Position numbers and translations under genes: made by a program | Virus record (IMG/VR): IMGVR_UViG_3300009104_001476 | Direction: 5' to 3' (one strand) | DNA: 64,000 bases | DNA from: a virus | Shown: positions 30,289-40,067 of the stretch, one piece after another | Numbering within the stretch: the first letter of the stretch is position 1 | Layout: each line of letters begins with the position of its first letter | Notes under the pieces: model-generated | Seen by the model: only the letters and a program-made list of their open reading frames with translations | What the model was told of the DNA's origin: nothing | Database searches by the model: none

Positions 30289-30699
30289 GTGTTGCAAACG
30301 TACATATTCGATACGCAAGCTGGACAAGACTTTTACAAAAGACTAGATGATCTACATGATGAATATGTATACCATTTATTATTAAGCGGTCTAGCAGAAA
30401 AAGGATTAGATTTAGAGTCTATAAAAATGACAAAGAATCCTGACGTAAGCGAAAAGTATTGCAAAAGAGTAGTAGGTGGGCTGGTAAACGTAAAACCCCA
30501 AATAATAGTAAAGCTAACCGAAGACAAGAAACCTAGACTGGAGTGTATATTTACAGTCCTTAATGATAACGAGTACGTCAGGAATGAGTTGTTTATGATA
30601 CAGAACGTGATGGATTGGCCGCAATTAGGAAAATATAGTTGCCAAATATGGTATTTAGGCGAGACTGCCCTAGAAGAAGTGAGGAAGAAGTGGGAATGA
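30289..30699 (+). CDS. hypothetical protein
   Basis: ORF track. Confidence 0.6.
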   Translation: MLQTYIFDTQAGQDFYKRLDDLHDEYVYHLLLSGLAEKGLDLESIKMTKNPDVSEKYCKRVVGGLVNVKPQIIVKLTEDKKPRLECIFTVLNDNEYVRNELFMIQNVMDWPQLGKYSCQIWYLGETALEEVRKKWE

Positions 30700-30885
30700 A
30701 AGCATCGAGAAACGGACAAAGACCTTGTTATACTCCTCCTTTTTCAAGACGTAAAGATTTTTGTAGGAAAGTCAGAGAGACAGAGAAGCAAATACAGCGA
30801 TGTAAAGATGAAGGGGCTTGGAAGAAGGCGAGTCACCTTCAATGGGTTCTAAGAAATGTTTGGTGGGGCTATAAAAGATACCAGT

Positions 30886-31155
30886 ATGAAAATTGAAGAA
30901 GACTTAAACGATTACGGTAAATATTTAGAATATGATTTTGATAACAGAATCAGTTATGATGAAGACTCAGACTCTATGTATATCTATGTAGCTCCACCTC
31001 AAGGTCAGGTTGGCGCGGTGATGGTTTACGCAGACAAGCAGCATAATATGGTGTCAATAGATACCGATGAAGTAAATACCCAAGTAGGGATAGAGATAGT
31101 CGGAGTATCGAGGTTAATGAAAAAATTTAATTTAAATAAAATAAAAAATAATTAA
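30886..31155 (+). CDS. DUF2283-like protein
   Basis: ISYDEDSDSMYIY...GIEI. Confidence 0.65.
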   Translation: MKIEEDLNDYGKYLEYDFDNRISYDEDSDSMYIYVAPPQGQVGAVMVYADKQHNMVSIDTDEVNTQVGIEIVGVSRLMKKFNLNKIKNN

Positions 31156-31159
31156 CATC

Positions 31160-31684
31160 ATGGAAGACCAACCTTATTTGTTCCCAGAGTTTGCTCGTAG
31201 GGCAAAGATGCTTCAAACGATCCTGAAAGAACAGGCTATGGACATTTCTAAAATTAATATTCATTTTGATGGAGAATCAGAAATGCACATCAAATCTAAT
31301 AGAAAAGTGAAACAGCTTCAATCATTGGAGGAAAAAAGGTTTTATGCTTTTAAAGGAGATGAAGAAAATCCAATGCCGTATATTAAAAATATCAAAACGG
31401 GGAAAGTTCTAAAGATTGCTTATACTAGGGATAAATACCCCTGTATTACTTTAGGGCATCGTGACACTCTGACGACAACCCCAGTTCATAGATTACTTGC
31501 TATGTGTTTTATAGAGAACCCTGACCCTAGTAAACTTATGGAGGTTGACCATTTAAATGGAAATAAGAGAGATTGGAGGTTAGAGAATTTAGAGTGGGTT
31601 AGCTCTAGTGAAAATAACAAAAGGAGGAAGATTCTTAAAAAGCAGCAAGAGGACTCCCAAACTCCACCAAATTATCATATATGA
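31160..31684 (+). CDS. HNH homing endonuclease
   Basis: VHRLLAMCFI, VDHLNGNKRDWRLENLEWV..SEN. Confidence 0.88.
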   Translation: MEDQPYLFPEFARRAKMLQTILKEQAMDISKINIHFDGESEMHIKSNRKVKQLQSLEEKRFYAFKGDEENPMPYIKNIKTGKVLKIAYTRDKYPCITLGHRDTLTTTPVHRLLAMCFIENPDPSKLMEVDHLNGNKRDWRLENLEWVSSSENNKRRKILKKQQEDSQTPPNYHI

Positions 31685-31932
31685 AAAAGTATTGGGATCA
31701 TAGCACTAAACCCTCTACTTATGTAATTGTGATTGACGGGGAGGAGGCGTTTCGTGGTAATTATGCTGACGGTATGATGTATGTTAAATCTTTAGAAAAT
31801 GACGGTATGATAAGTTTCAAAGATGATTATCTTCCCGAAATGAATCGTATATCAAAGATAACTTACCGTGCGCTCCATGTCGAAAAAGAATTGAGACGAG
31901 AAATAATTAAATTAAAAAAAGAGCTTAAATAA
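31681..31932 (+). CDS. hypothetical protein
   Basis: ORF track. Confidence 0.55.
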   Translation: MKKYWDHSTKPSTYVIVIDGEEAFRGNYADGMMYVKSLENDGMISFKDDYLPEMNRISKITYRALHVEKELRREIIKLKKELK

Positions 31933-31951
31933 CGGGAGTGTAAAAGGGCTT

Positions 31952-32185
31952 ATGGAAGACAAAATAAAAAAAATTTTAGAAAAGTATGCAGACCTTCAAA
32001 TGAATATGGGTTCTGAAGCGGCTAGGGAAATTTTAGCTATTGATTTGGCTAGATTTTTTAAGCATGAGGTTGCAGAGCTTAAATCCGAAGTGGAATTAAA
32101 TAAGAGAATAATGAATAATTTCCACATGGTCGCAAATAAATACCCAGAAATAAAACAAATAATTAGTGGCGAGCTAGTTAAATGA
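31952..32185 (+). CDS. hypothetical protein
   Basis: ORF track; GTGTAA 8 nt upstream. Confidence 0.6.
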   Translation: MEDKIKKILEKYADLQMNMGSEAAREILAIDLARFFKHEVAELKSEVELNKRIMNNFHMVANKYPEIKQIISGELVK

Positions 32186-33048
32186 AAGTGACAATCTTCA
32201 GTCTTTGGAGGGACTCTCAACCCTATATTGATAGAGCTTTATCACAGCTTGAAGCTCTTGAAATAAATAATAAAGACGTTAAGTTCGAGTATTATTTTTA
32301 TGAAAATGACTCACAAGATGATACCAAATGTATTTTAGAAAACTTTCTTGAGAATAGAGAGGGCAAGCTCGTCTCTGAAAATTTAAACGCCACCAAATTC
32401 GGCTCTACAATCGAAGGAGAAAGAATGAGAGCTATGGCGAAATATAGAAATAACATTCTTTATGCTGCGAAGCCTATGGATTCTGATTATTGTCTACTCT
32501 GGGACAGTGATGTAGAATTTGAGTCAGATATTTTAAATAAATTTTTAAAATATAAAGATGAAGGGGGGATGTTGTGTCCCAACATAAGACAAAACGTGCC
32601 TTGCGTTATGGGTAGTGGCGACGATACTACTTATTATGATAGTTTGTCTTTGATTGACAAGTGGGGCGTTGGTTGTATGACTTGGGCAAGTAACCCCTTC
32701 TATGATGAGGAAGATAGAGCCAAATATGAACAGGGATTACCTATCGAGGTAACGGCGGCTTTTGGGGGTTGCGTTCTTATTAAGACTGATTTATTAAATA
32801 ATAAAAAAGTTGAATGGCATTCCGATGGAAAGTTAGAGCATTGGGGTTTATGTGCTAGAATTTTAAAATACACTAAAGAAAAAATTATTTTTTTACCTAA
32901 TGTTGAAGTAAGGGTTCAAATATCCGAAAAAACTATAAATGAAATAAAGCATCATCGCCCTCTATACGCAGCGCATCAACAAGAAAGTATGGAAATGACC
33001 TCTTGGGAAAGACAATTAAAACAAAACGTGCCTAGAGAAGATGTGTAA
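32182..33048 (+). CDS. GT-A fold glycosyltransferase (GT2/Anp1-like)
   Basis: FYENDSQD, LLWDSDV, AAFGG, EH. Confidence 0.8.
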   Translation: MKVTIFSLWRDSQPYIDRALSQLEALEINNKDVKFEYYFYENDSQDDTKCILENFLENREGKLVSENLNATKFGSTIEGERMRAMAKYRNNILYAAKPMDSDYCLLWDSDVEFESDILNKFLKYKDEGGMLCPNIRQNVPCVMGSGDDTTYYDSLSLIDKWGVGCMTWASNPFYDEEDRAKYEQGLPIEVTAAFGGCVLIKTDLLNNKKVEWHSDGKLEHWGLCARILKYTKEKIIFLPNVEVRVQISEKTINEIKHHRPLYAAHQQESMEMTSWERQLKQNVPREDV

Positions 33049-33056
33049 ATAAATGT

Positions 33057-33416
33057 GTGTTTGTAGTAGAAGTCATCATGCCCCAAAGCCTTTCTTCTTG
33101 GCAAGAAAGAGGCTATATTGCTTCAGCAGATGAGATAGCTTGTGATAAGTGCAAATTAGGATACTCTAAAGACCACTATCAAATTCTTTTTAAAAGTAAG
33201 AAACTTGGATACTTCCTTTACCCTCACCCAGAAGATGCCCCCGCGATAGATTTACTTTGTCACGATTGTCTTTTTAAAAATTTAAAAAAATATGCAGCGG
33301 GAGAAGTCGTAGACTTACTCATACTAGACGAAGAAAGAGAGTATAATTGTAAGTTTTATCCAGAAGATGTAGACCCCGAATGGGATGACGATAGTGACGA
33401 TTTTCCATTTAAGTAA
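33057..33416 (+). CDS. hypothetical protein with CxxC pairs
   Basis: CDKC, CHDC. Confidence 0.6.
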   Translation: MFVVEVIMPQSLSSWQERGYIASADEIACDKCKLGYSKDHYQILFKSKKLGYFLYPHPEDAPAIDLLCHDCLFKNLKKYAAGEVVDLLILDEEREYNCKFYPEDVDPEWDDDSDDFPFK

Positions 33417-33425
33417 AAAAAAGTC

Positions 33426-33453
33426 TTGACTGCATCCTAACCGTCTCTATAAT
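33426..33453 (+). promoter_or_regulatory. representative TTGNNN-N6-YAACY-N5-TATAAT promoter (16-nt spacer class)
   Basis: Same layout at 37164, 40032, 43013, 45646, 46022, 46403, 48065, 48408, 50373, 50591, 50867, 51460, 52813, 54172. Confidence 0.85.
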
Positions 33454-33461
33454 GAGACTCC

Positions 33462-34211
33462 ATGCAGATCAAACAGTTAGATTTCATCGGTTCTCCAAAG
33501 ATTGAAAGACAGGAGGAGCAATTCAACTTATGGGACGAAAAAGGAAAGCCCAACAAAATCCGTAATGACGTTGACTTTGCGAAGATTGACAAATTATTCA
33601 ACTCTTTCGACAGAGAAGAAGTAGAACGGTATAAATCTTACTGGGAAAGTATCAAGCCCCAAAATGATACAGAACTTTTTCAGCGTTGGCTTTTCGCCTT
33701 CATGTCCGTACATACCAGTTGGGAATCTAACGTGCGTGGATATGAAGCGGTGAAAGATTGGATTTCTTGGGTAAATCGTGATGATGAACTTGAACGTAGA
33801 CTTGTCGAAAGCCGAGTCGGTCTGCATAAAAATCGTACAAGATTTATCTCGCAATTTGCCCAAAATTTTTGGAGTGATCCAGAATGGTACAAGCACCAAG
33901 AAGGAAACTGGCAGACGTTTCGTGATAGACTTGTCAAAAAGATTCTTGGATTGGGCATCGCAAAAGTGTCGTTTGCTTTGGAAATGGTTTACCCTAACGA
34001 AGCTGAAGTGACCTGTATGGATACTCACTTATTCCAAGCGTATGGCCTTGACCAAACAAAGGACGCTAGACGATATACCGAAATTGAGAATTATTGGCTA
34101 GATATGTGTCGTATGTGGAATGTACCCTCGACTATCGCAAGAGCAATCTTGTGGGACAGAAAGCAAAACCAAACTGATAGCCGTTACTGGAGTTATGTAT
34201 TGGAGGATTAA
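33462..34211 (+). CDS. HhH DNA glycosylase/AP lyase (Ogg2-like)
   Basis: RVGLHKNR, ILGLGIAKVSF, CMDTH. Confidence 0.7.
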   Translation: MQIKQLDFIGSPKIERQEEQFNLWDEKGKPNKIRNDVDFAKIDKLFNSFDREEVERYKSYWESIKPQNDTELFQRWLFAFMSVHTSWESNVRGYEAVKDWISWVNRDDELERRLVESRVGLHKNRTRFISQFAQNFWSDPEWYKHQEGNWQTFRDRLVKKILGLGIAKVSFALEMVYPNEAEVTCMDTHLFQAYGLDQTKDARRYTEIENYWLDMCRMWNVPSTIARAILWDRKQNQTDSRYWSYVLED

Positions 34212-34709
34212 AATGAGAAACTACGAACTAATTAAAGCAATCTACGATAGATGTCCCGATGCAACCGACCATCCTTATACCATAGACCAATACTTTGACC
34301 GTTGCCAAGACATTATAGACATGATTGAGAGAGAAAGACCAGAGCTTAAAAGTAAGAATCATTACCCACAACAAGAAGCAGGAATTGATTATTAAAATGA
34401 GATTAACAGAGAAAAATCAAAGAGTATTTTATTGGACAGTCATAGGTATTGTGCTTGCAATGTTTGGAATGTTATACACCCAATATGTAGATTTAGAGGA
34501 GACGCTTCATCGAACGCATAGGGTTAGCAGTAGACAGGCTCAATTAACCACAAAAAGTTGGTACGATAAAGTATTGATTAAAGACAGAAAAATTGAACTG
34601 CTTGAACAGCATATTCTTTTTGCAGAGGAACATCACATAAAAGAAATTGGCGCGTGTGTAGCGTATTACACCAGCGTATTAGAAGAAGTAAAAAACAAGA
34701 GATAAAAAA

Positions 34710-35954
34710 ATGAAATTTAAGACTTTATACAAACGAACTACCGTTGGGAAAATCCAAGAGTGGACTATTGAAGTGGTCGGTGATAAGTACCGTACCATTT
34801 CGGGACAGCAAGACGGTAAGAAGATTACAAACAACTGGACTACTTGTTACCCAAAGAACGTAGGTAAGGCTAACGCTACTACTGGTGAATTACAGGCACA
34901 AAATGAAGCCTCTGCGAAGCACCAGAAAAAGGTTGAGTCAGGTTATCGCCACTCCATAAGCAACATCGACAAGAAGAAATTTTATGTGCCTATGTTGGCG
35001 AAAGATTTTAAAGACAAGAACCGACAGAAAGAAGTGATGGGTGAGATTGATGAATCGGGAGTGGGTGCGCCCGTATTCTCCCAACCCAAGCTGGATGGCA
35101 TACGTTGTATTGCTATGCGTGAGGGATTGTTCACTAGGAGTGGCAAGAAGATTACTGCTTGTCCTCACATTAGCGTTGCACTGGAAGATTTCTTTGAGAA
35201 GTATCCTAATGCTGTTCTTGATGGCGAGTTGTATAATCATAAGTATAAAGATGATTTCAACAAAATCATTCATCTTGTGCGTAAGCAGAATCTTACTGAA
35301 GAACATTTGGCAGAGAGCAAGAGGATGATTCAATATCATATTTATGATGCTCCAGTAATAGGTAAGGACAACCCATTCCGTAAAGGTGGAGCCTACACAG
35401 AGAAGGATTCGTTTTCGGACAGAACTTCCGTACTAGACGCACAGTTCGCTAATCTAGGACTTGATAAGTCTTGTCGTATTTTTCGTAGGAAGTTCAAAAA
35501 TGGAAGGAGTCATCAAGGTTTGACGCTTGAAGATAACCCTCTTGTTATAGTAGAGACTACCGAAATCCACGGCAGAGAGCAACTAGACCGTTGCTATGAA
35601 GATTATGTAGAAGCGGGGTACGAAGGACAGATGATTAGGCTTGACGGGCCTTACGAAAACAAGCGTTCATCAAAACTGCTGAAACGTAAAGAGTTTATTG
35701 ATGAAGAATATACTATTCTTGGGTACGAAGAAGGCGAGGGTAATCGTGAGGGAACGATTAAGCATTTTAAATTTAAGAATAAGGACGGTAGAGATTTTAA
35801 CTCAAACGTCAAAGGTACATTTGAATACCTAACAGGGCTGCTAGAAAAAGCAGACAGTTTAATAGGTAAAGAAGCAACAATCAAATACTTCAACCTTACT
35901 CCCGATGGAGTGCCAAGGTTTCCGTATGTGATTGCAATTAGAGACTACGAATAA
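34710..35954 (+). CDS. ATP-dependent DNA ligase
   Basis: QPKLDGIRC (KxDG), LDGELY, YDAP, GYEGQMIR, LLKRK, PRFP. Confidence 0.95.
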   Translation: MKFKTLYKRTTVGKIQEWTIEVVGDKYRTISGQQDGKKITNNWTTCYPKNVGKANATTGELQAQNEASAKHQKKVESGYRHSISNIDKKKFYVPMLAKDFKDKNRQKEVMGEIDESGVGAPVFSQPKLDGIRCIAMREGLFTRSGKKITACPHISVALEDFFEKYPNAVLDGELYNHKYKDDFNKIIHLVRKQNLTEEHLAESKRMIQYHIYDAPVIGKDNPFRKGGAYTEKDSFSDRTSVLDAQFANLGLDKSCRIFRRKFKNGRSHQGLTLEDNPLVIVETTEIHGREQLDRCYEDYVEAGYEGQMIRLDGPYENKRSSKLLKRKEFIDEEYTILGYEEGEGNREGTIKHFKFKNKDGRDFNSNVKGTFEYLTGLLEKADSLIGKEATIKYFNLTPDGVPRFPYVIAIRDYE

Positions 35955-36123
35955 AATTATGGGATACAAAATACTAGACGTTAAAGCAGACATCCACGAA
36001 GATATTGAAAAATACTTTGAGGAAAAATGGCCCCAACTGCGAGAGTTCGGTTGGAAGAATCAACTAGAAGGAGATGTTCTTGACATTGTAGACGAACATT
36101 TTAAAAAGATAGAAAGATAAATT

Positions 36124-36309
36124 ATGCCAATATCAAAACATAGAAAAAAAGGACTAACGCCTCGACAATGGAGAAAGAGGCGTAACAAGAGGAAGTCTCA
36201 AGAAATGTTGGACAGGAAATCTGAAATGCGTCGAGCCATGATGAAGATGATGCAACAGCAAATGCTTGACGAGGCAGAAAAGGAGGGGGAAAAAGAAAAT
36301 GAGAATTAA
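36124..36309 (+). CDS. small basic protein
   Basis: MPISKHRKKG...RKRRNKRK. Confidence 0.6.
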   Translation: MPISKHRKKGLTPRQWRKRRNKRKSQEMLDRKSEMRRAMMKMMQQQMLDEAEKEGEKENEN

Positions 36310-36486
36310 ACCAGTAGAAGAATGTCATAATATCATTAAATATGAACAGGAACGTAGGCAAATTGGAGAACAGTCTATTGAAGCGATTAAGGATAGTATG
36401 CCTTCAGAGATTCAGACTAAATACAATCAACGAGACATAGAGAAACGTAGGTTAAACACTCAATGGGATAGAGGAGGAATAAACGA

Positions 36487-36819
36487 ATGAAGGTAACAAT
36501 TAAAGAAGGAATACAAAATTACCTAGAGGATAATTATCCAGATTTCGTTGATGATATTCTTTTAGCTGATGGTTTTGAAAAAGCGTTTATGGGAGTATCT
36601 GAAGTCTATGGGCAAAAACCAGTAGCTTGTTACGATAGTTCAAAATGTATTGACATACTAATGGAAAGAGACGAAATGGATTGTGACGAGGCCATTGAGT
36701 ATTTTCATTTCAATGTGACGGGAGCATACGCTGGAGAATTTACTCCCGCTTTTATATTTCCATTTGACGAGAAGTACGATTGTATAAGCATACTAGAACA
36801 CGAATTAGAAAATGAATAA
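36487..36819 (+). CDS. conserved hypothetical phage protein
   Basis: LADGFEKAFMG...EAIEYFHFNV.GAY.GE.TP.F. Confidence 0.75.
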   Translation: MKVTIKEGIQNYLEDNYPDFVDDILLADGFEKAFMGVSEVYGQKPVACYDSSKCIDILMERDEMDCDEAIEYFHFNVTGAYAGEFTPAFIFPFDEKYDCISILEHELENE

Positions 36820-37203
36820 ATTAGCATATTATAGAGAAGCCATAGACTGTCCCGAATGTGGACTACCTACGAATTACCTACAAGAAGTAGAAGAAGATGA
36901 GCAAAGAGTATTAAAGTGTGAGGACTGCTTCAAAGAAGAAGAATAAATTATTTAAAATTTTAAATTATTATGAAGTTTGAAGTAAACAGAAATAGCGCAA
37001 GGCCATCAGATATTCAACTTATCGCCCAAGCACTTGAGAAGGCGAAGCCTTGGGGGTTAGAAGCGGAGTTTATGTGGAGTTTGGCGACCCATTTTAAAAC
37101 TTACCCTTCAGACCCTATGGATATGGCAGTTCAAGTTGCACTGGACGATTGGGATTTAGATGATTGACCTTAACCTAACTATTTGTATAATATAGAGACG
37201 GAC

Positions 37204-37398
37204 ATGAAAACAATTAAAAAAGGAAAGATCATTAAACGTGCGTCAGACGAGGACGCAGAACAACAGGTGAAATCGGGCTGGAAATACTGTCCCAAGTCTG
37301 AATGGCGTGAGAAAGTTCGTGACGCTAAACCAGTAGAGGAGAAGAAAGTAGAGGAGAAGAAGAAAGTAACAAAGAAGAAAGCTGTGAAAAAGAAATGA
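37204..37398 (+). CDS. Lys-rich small protein
   Basis: GWKYCPKSEW; KKVTKKKAVKKK tail. Confidence 0.65.
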   Translation: MKTIKKGKIIKRASDEDAEQQVKSGWKYCPKSEWREKVRDAKPVEEKKVEEKKKVTKKKAVKKK

Positions 37399-37838
37399 GC
37401 GGAAAAGAAAAGCAAGAGCAAAAGCAACGCCTAGATAGGATGTTGAGTAACAGTCTCCAAGAGACTCTTGAGCGTAAAGCCCAATACTATAAGAAGTATG
37501 GGATGGAGGTTCAAGCCAAGAAGGTTCGTGCCTTCAAAAAACAAGTACGAGAAATGGTAGGAAGTCTTTAAATATGACTGATAAACAAATACTAGATGAA
37601 GCGTACCGTACCCTTCAAGTAGCAAAAAATTGTGGTGAAGGAAAGATGCAAAACGAATTAGTCACGGAGCTTGTGTCTGTAATCGAACAAGAATGGCAGA
37701 AGCGAGACGAAGAAGAAATGGTTAGCCAATACAATAGAAACAGAAGTCCAAAAGATTGGATCGTTGACGTTCGTGAAATGGAGCGGCATCGTGGATTAGA
37801 AATTGGAGAAGATGGAACAGTTACAGATTTAAAATAAC

Positions 37839-38192
37839 ATGAAAATAAAATGGGAAAAAAATAGCAGGGTGCTGGGTTTAGCATCTCAAGGCAAGATTAA
37901 CCAAGAAGATATTGTACCTCGTTCAAGGACGGATGAATTTCTTGATGAAGTTGCTACCGTGAGGATGAGCAGCGTAAGAGAGAAAGACCCTTTCTTGACA
38001 ATCCATATTAGAGGCCCGTTAAGGCATCAGAAAAAACCTTGGGGTACATATAAATATGCGAGCGTGTGTCGTATTAACCTTGGAGGCCCGTACACAAAGA
38101 GTATGTGTTCAAACGGCGACCTTTCAGAAGCATATAGCTGGCAAGACGTTCACAACGTAGTAGAAGAAGTGAAGGAGGTGATGAGTCTATGA
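37839..38192 (+). CDS. hypothetical protein
   Basis: ORF track. Confidence 0.6.
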   Translation: MKIKWEKNSRVLGLASQGKINQEDIVPRSRTDEFLDEVATVRMSSVREKDPFLTIHIRGPLRHQKKPWGTYKYASVCRINLGGPYTKSMCSNGDLSEAYSWQDVHNVVEEVKEVMSL

Positions 38193-38393
38193 AGAACTTA
38201 ATCCTTATTCTAGTGCTTCCACTTATCGGGTGTAGCTCGACGAGACAGGAGCCAAATATAGAGTTGCCAGAAGGTATCCATGACCTTCTTCATATAGGGG
38301 ATACTTACGCCTATAAGAGCATTACAATCAAAGATTATTTCCCGCCAGCAGAAGTAAATTAAATAACCTCAATCAAGAAAGGGTCAGAGTCTA

Positions 38394-39236
38394 ATGGTTA
38401 TGTCAAAGAATCACCAAGCGTTAAACCCCCACTATGCAAGTTACAATTTTCTTCCTGTTATGAGTCGAGAGGAGGAGCTTGAGGTGGGTGCAAAACTATC
38501 TAGTAAAAACGAAAGAGAGAGGAGAAAAGCTCAAGAAGAATTTGTTAACAGAAATTTAAGGCTGGTAATAAAAATTGCTTCTGGATACTCAAGGTGTGGT
38601 CTTGAGTTAGACGACATGGTTTGCGAGGGAAATATGGGATTAATGGAAGCGGCTAAAAGGTATGACCCATTAGTAGGGACGAAGTTCAGCACTTATGCCG
38701 CTTATTGGATTCGTCAAAAAATAACCAGAGCATTATGTAATCATGGACGTTTAATTAGATTGCCTGTCCAGTTGGTTCAGTTACAACTAAAGGTTATCAA
38801 GTATGTAGACTCTTATTCTCAAGAGAACAATAACGAGGCTACCCCCAAACAAATTGCTGAAGCGTTGGAGGAGCCTGTCCATTTAGTTGAGAAAGTATTA
38901 AATTCAAAATACACTTTTACAAGCGTCGATTCTTTAATGTGCGCTGACGATGCTGCCTCAAGTTTTGGTAGCGTATTTGCTGATGAGAAAACTGATTCTC
39001 CATTAGACTCTCTTGTTAAGAATAATGACAAAGAAGTAATAAATAAATTCTTGAATAAACTTAAAGACAGAGAAAAGTATATCATTGAGCATAGGTTCGG
39101 TCTTAATAATAAAGATATAAAAACTTTAGAAAAAATAGGTGAAGAATTTAATGTCACTAGGGAGAGGATCAGACAGGTTGAGTTTGAGGCCATGAAGAAG
39201 TTACGTTTTGCAATACAGAAAGCGTATAAGGACTAA
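38394..39236 (+). CDS. RpoD/RpoS-like (group 2) sigma-70 factor lacking region 1.1
   Basis: NLRLVIKIA, EGNMGLMEAAKRYDP, KFSTYAAYWIRQ, IRLPV, TLEKIGEEFNVTRERIRQVE. Confidence 0.95.
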   Translation: MVMSKNHQALNPHYASYNFLPVMSREEELEVGAKLSSKNERERRKAQEEFVNRNLRLVIKIASGYSRCGLELDDMVCEGNMGLMEAAKRYDPLVGTKFSTYAAYWIRQKITRALCNHGRLIRLPVQLVQLQLKVIKYVDSYSQENNNEATPKQIAEALEEPVHLVEKVLNSKYTFTSVDSLMCADDAASSFGSVFADEKTDSPLDSLVKNNDKEVINKFLNKLKDREKYIIEHRFGLNNKDIKTLEKIGEEFNVTRERIRQVEFEAMKKLRFAIQKAYKD

Positions 39237-39245
39237 TTCCTTCTT

Positions 39246-39333
39246 GGGGAAGTGGTGGAATTGGCAGACACAACAGACTTAAAATCTGTCGAACATTGAG
39301 TTCGTGCGGGTTCAAGTCCCGCCTTCCCTACCA
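39246..39333 (+). tRNA. tRNA-Leu(UAA), class II, encoded CCA
   Basis: GGGGAAG/CTTCCCT acceptor, TGGCAGAC D-arm, ACAGA-CTTAAAA-TCTGT anticodon arm, GGTTCAAGTCC T-arm, ACCA. Confidence 0.95.
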
Positions 39334-39352
39334 ATCTTTTTTTAATATAAAA

Positions 39353-39967
39353 ATGTTTGATGAATTTAAAACAATTTTTTCCAAACTCAAAGGTAGAGTT
39401 AATGAAAAGAGAAAGAAACTTGATAAGATTAAATTTAATAAGGTCGGAACTGGTGGAGCTAAAGAATATGGGATAAATGATGAAGAAGTTCAGAACTTAA
39501 AAGAGGTACGAAAGTTAAGACGTAAACCGCGACTGTACGGTAGACGTAAAAATTTCCGTCAGATTGCTGACGAGATGAACAAACAAGGACGTAAGAATCG
39601 TCAGGGTAATCCTTGGACAGAGCAAGCTATTAGAGTTATGTTTATTGATCGAACCGATAGAACTAAAGCTAATAAAAGACGTAAAAATCAGATTAAAAGT
39701 CTTGAAGCGGAGGTGGAATTTGATTTAACCCTTGAATACCTAGCTGAACTTTGGGAACAACAAAAGGGTTTGTGTGCTATCACTGGATTAAAAATGATTA
39801 AACCGGATCAGCCTAGATCACCTTTAAATGGTTCACCAGATAGAGTAGATTCCAGTAAAGGCTACGTTAAAGGTAACGTCCAGTGGTTATGCACGTTTGT
39901 TAATTATGCTAAAAATGATTTCAATAATAGGGAAATTAAGGAGATATTTCAAGCTATTAAGATTTGA
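39353..39967 (+). CDS. putative homing endonuclease with recombinase-type HTH
   Basis: RQIADEMNKQG...GNPWT HTH; QKGLCAITG...SPDRVDSSKGYVKGNVQWLC..VNYAK nuclease. Confidence 0.7.
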   Translation: MFDEFKTIFSKLKGRVNEKRKKLDKIKFNKVGTGGAKEYGINDEEVQNLKEVRKLRRKPRLYGRRKNFRQIADEMNKQGRKNRQGNPWTEQAIRVMFIDRTDRTKANKRRKNQIKSLEAEVEFDLTLEYLAELWEQQKGLCAITGLKMIKPDQPRSPLNGSPDRVDSSKGYVKGNVQWLCTFVNYAKNDFNNREIKEIFQAIKI

Positions 39968-40067
39968 ATTATTTTAAAATTTTAAAAAAAGTACCGAAAC
40001 GGTAGCTTGATTTATTTTTTTCAAAAAAGATTTGACTCAACTCTAACCATCGCTATAATTAGCATCA

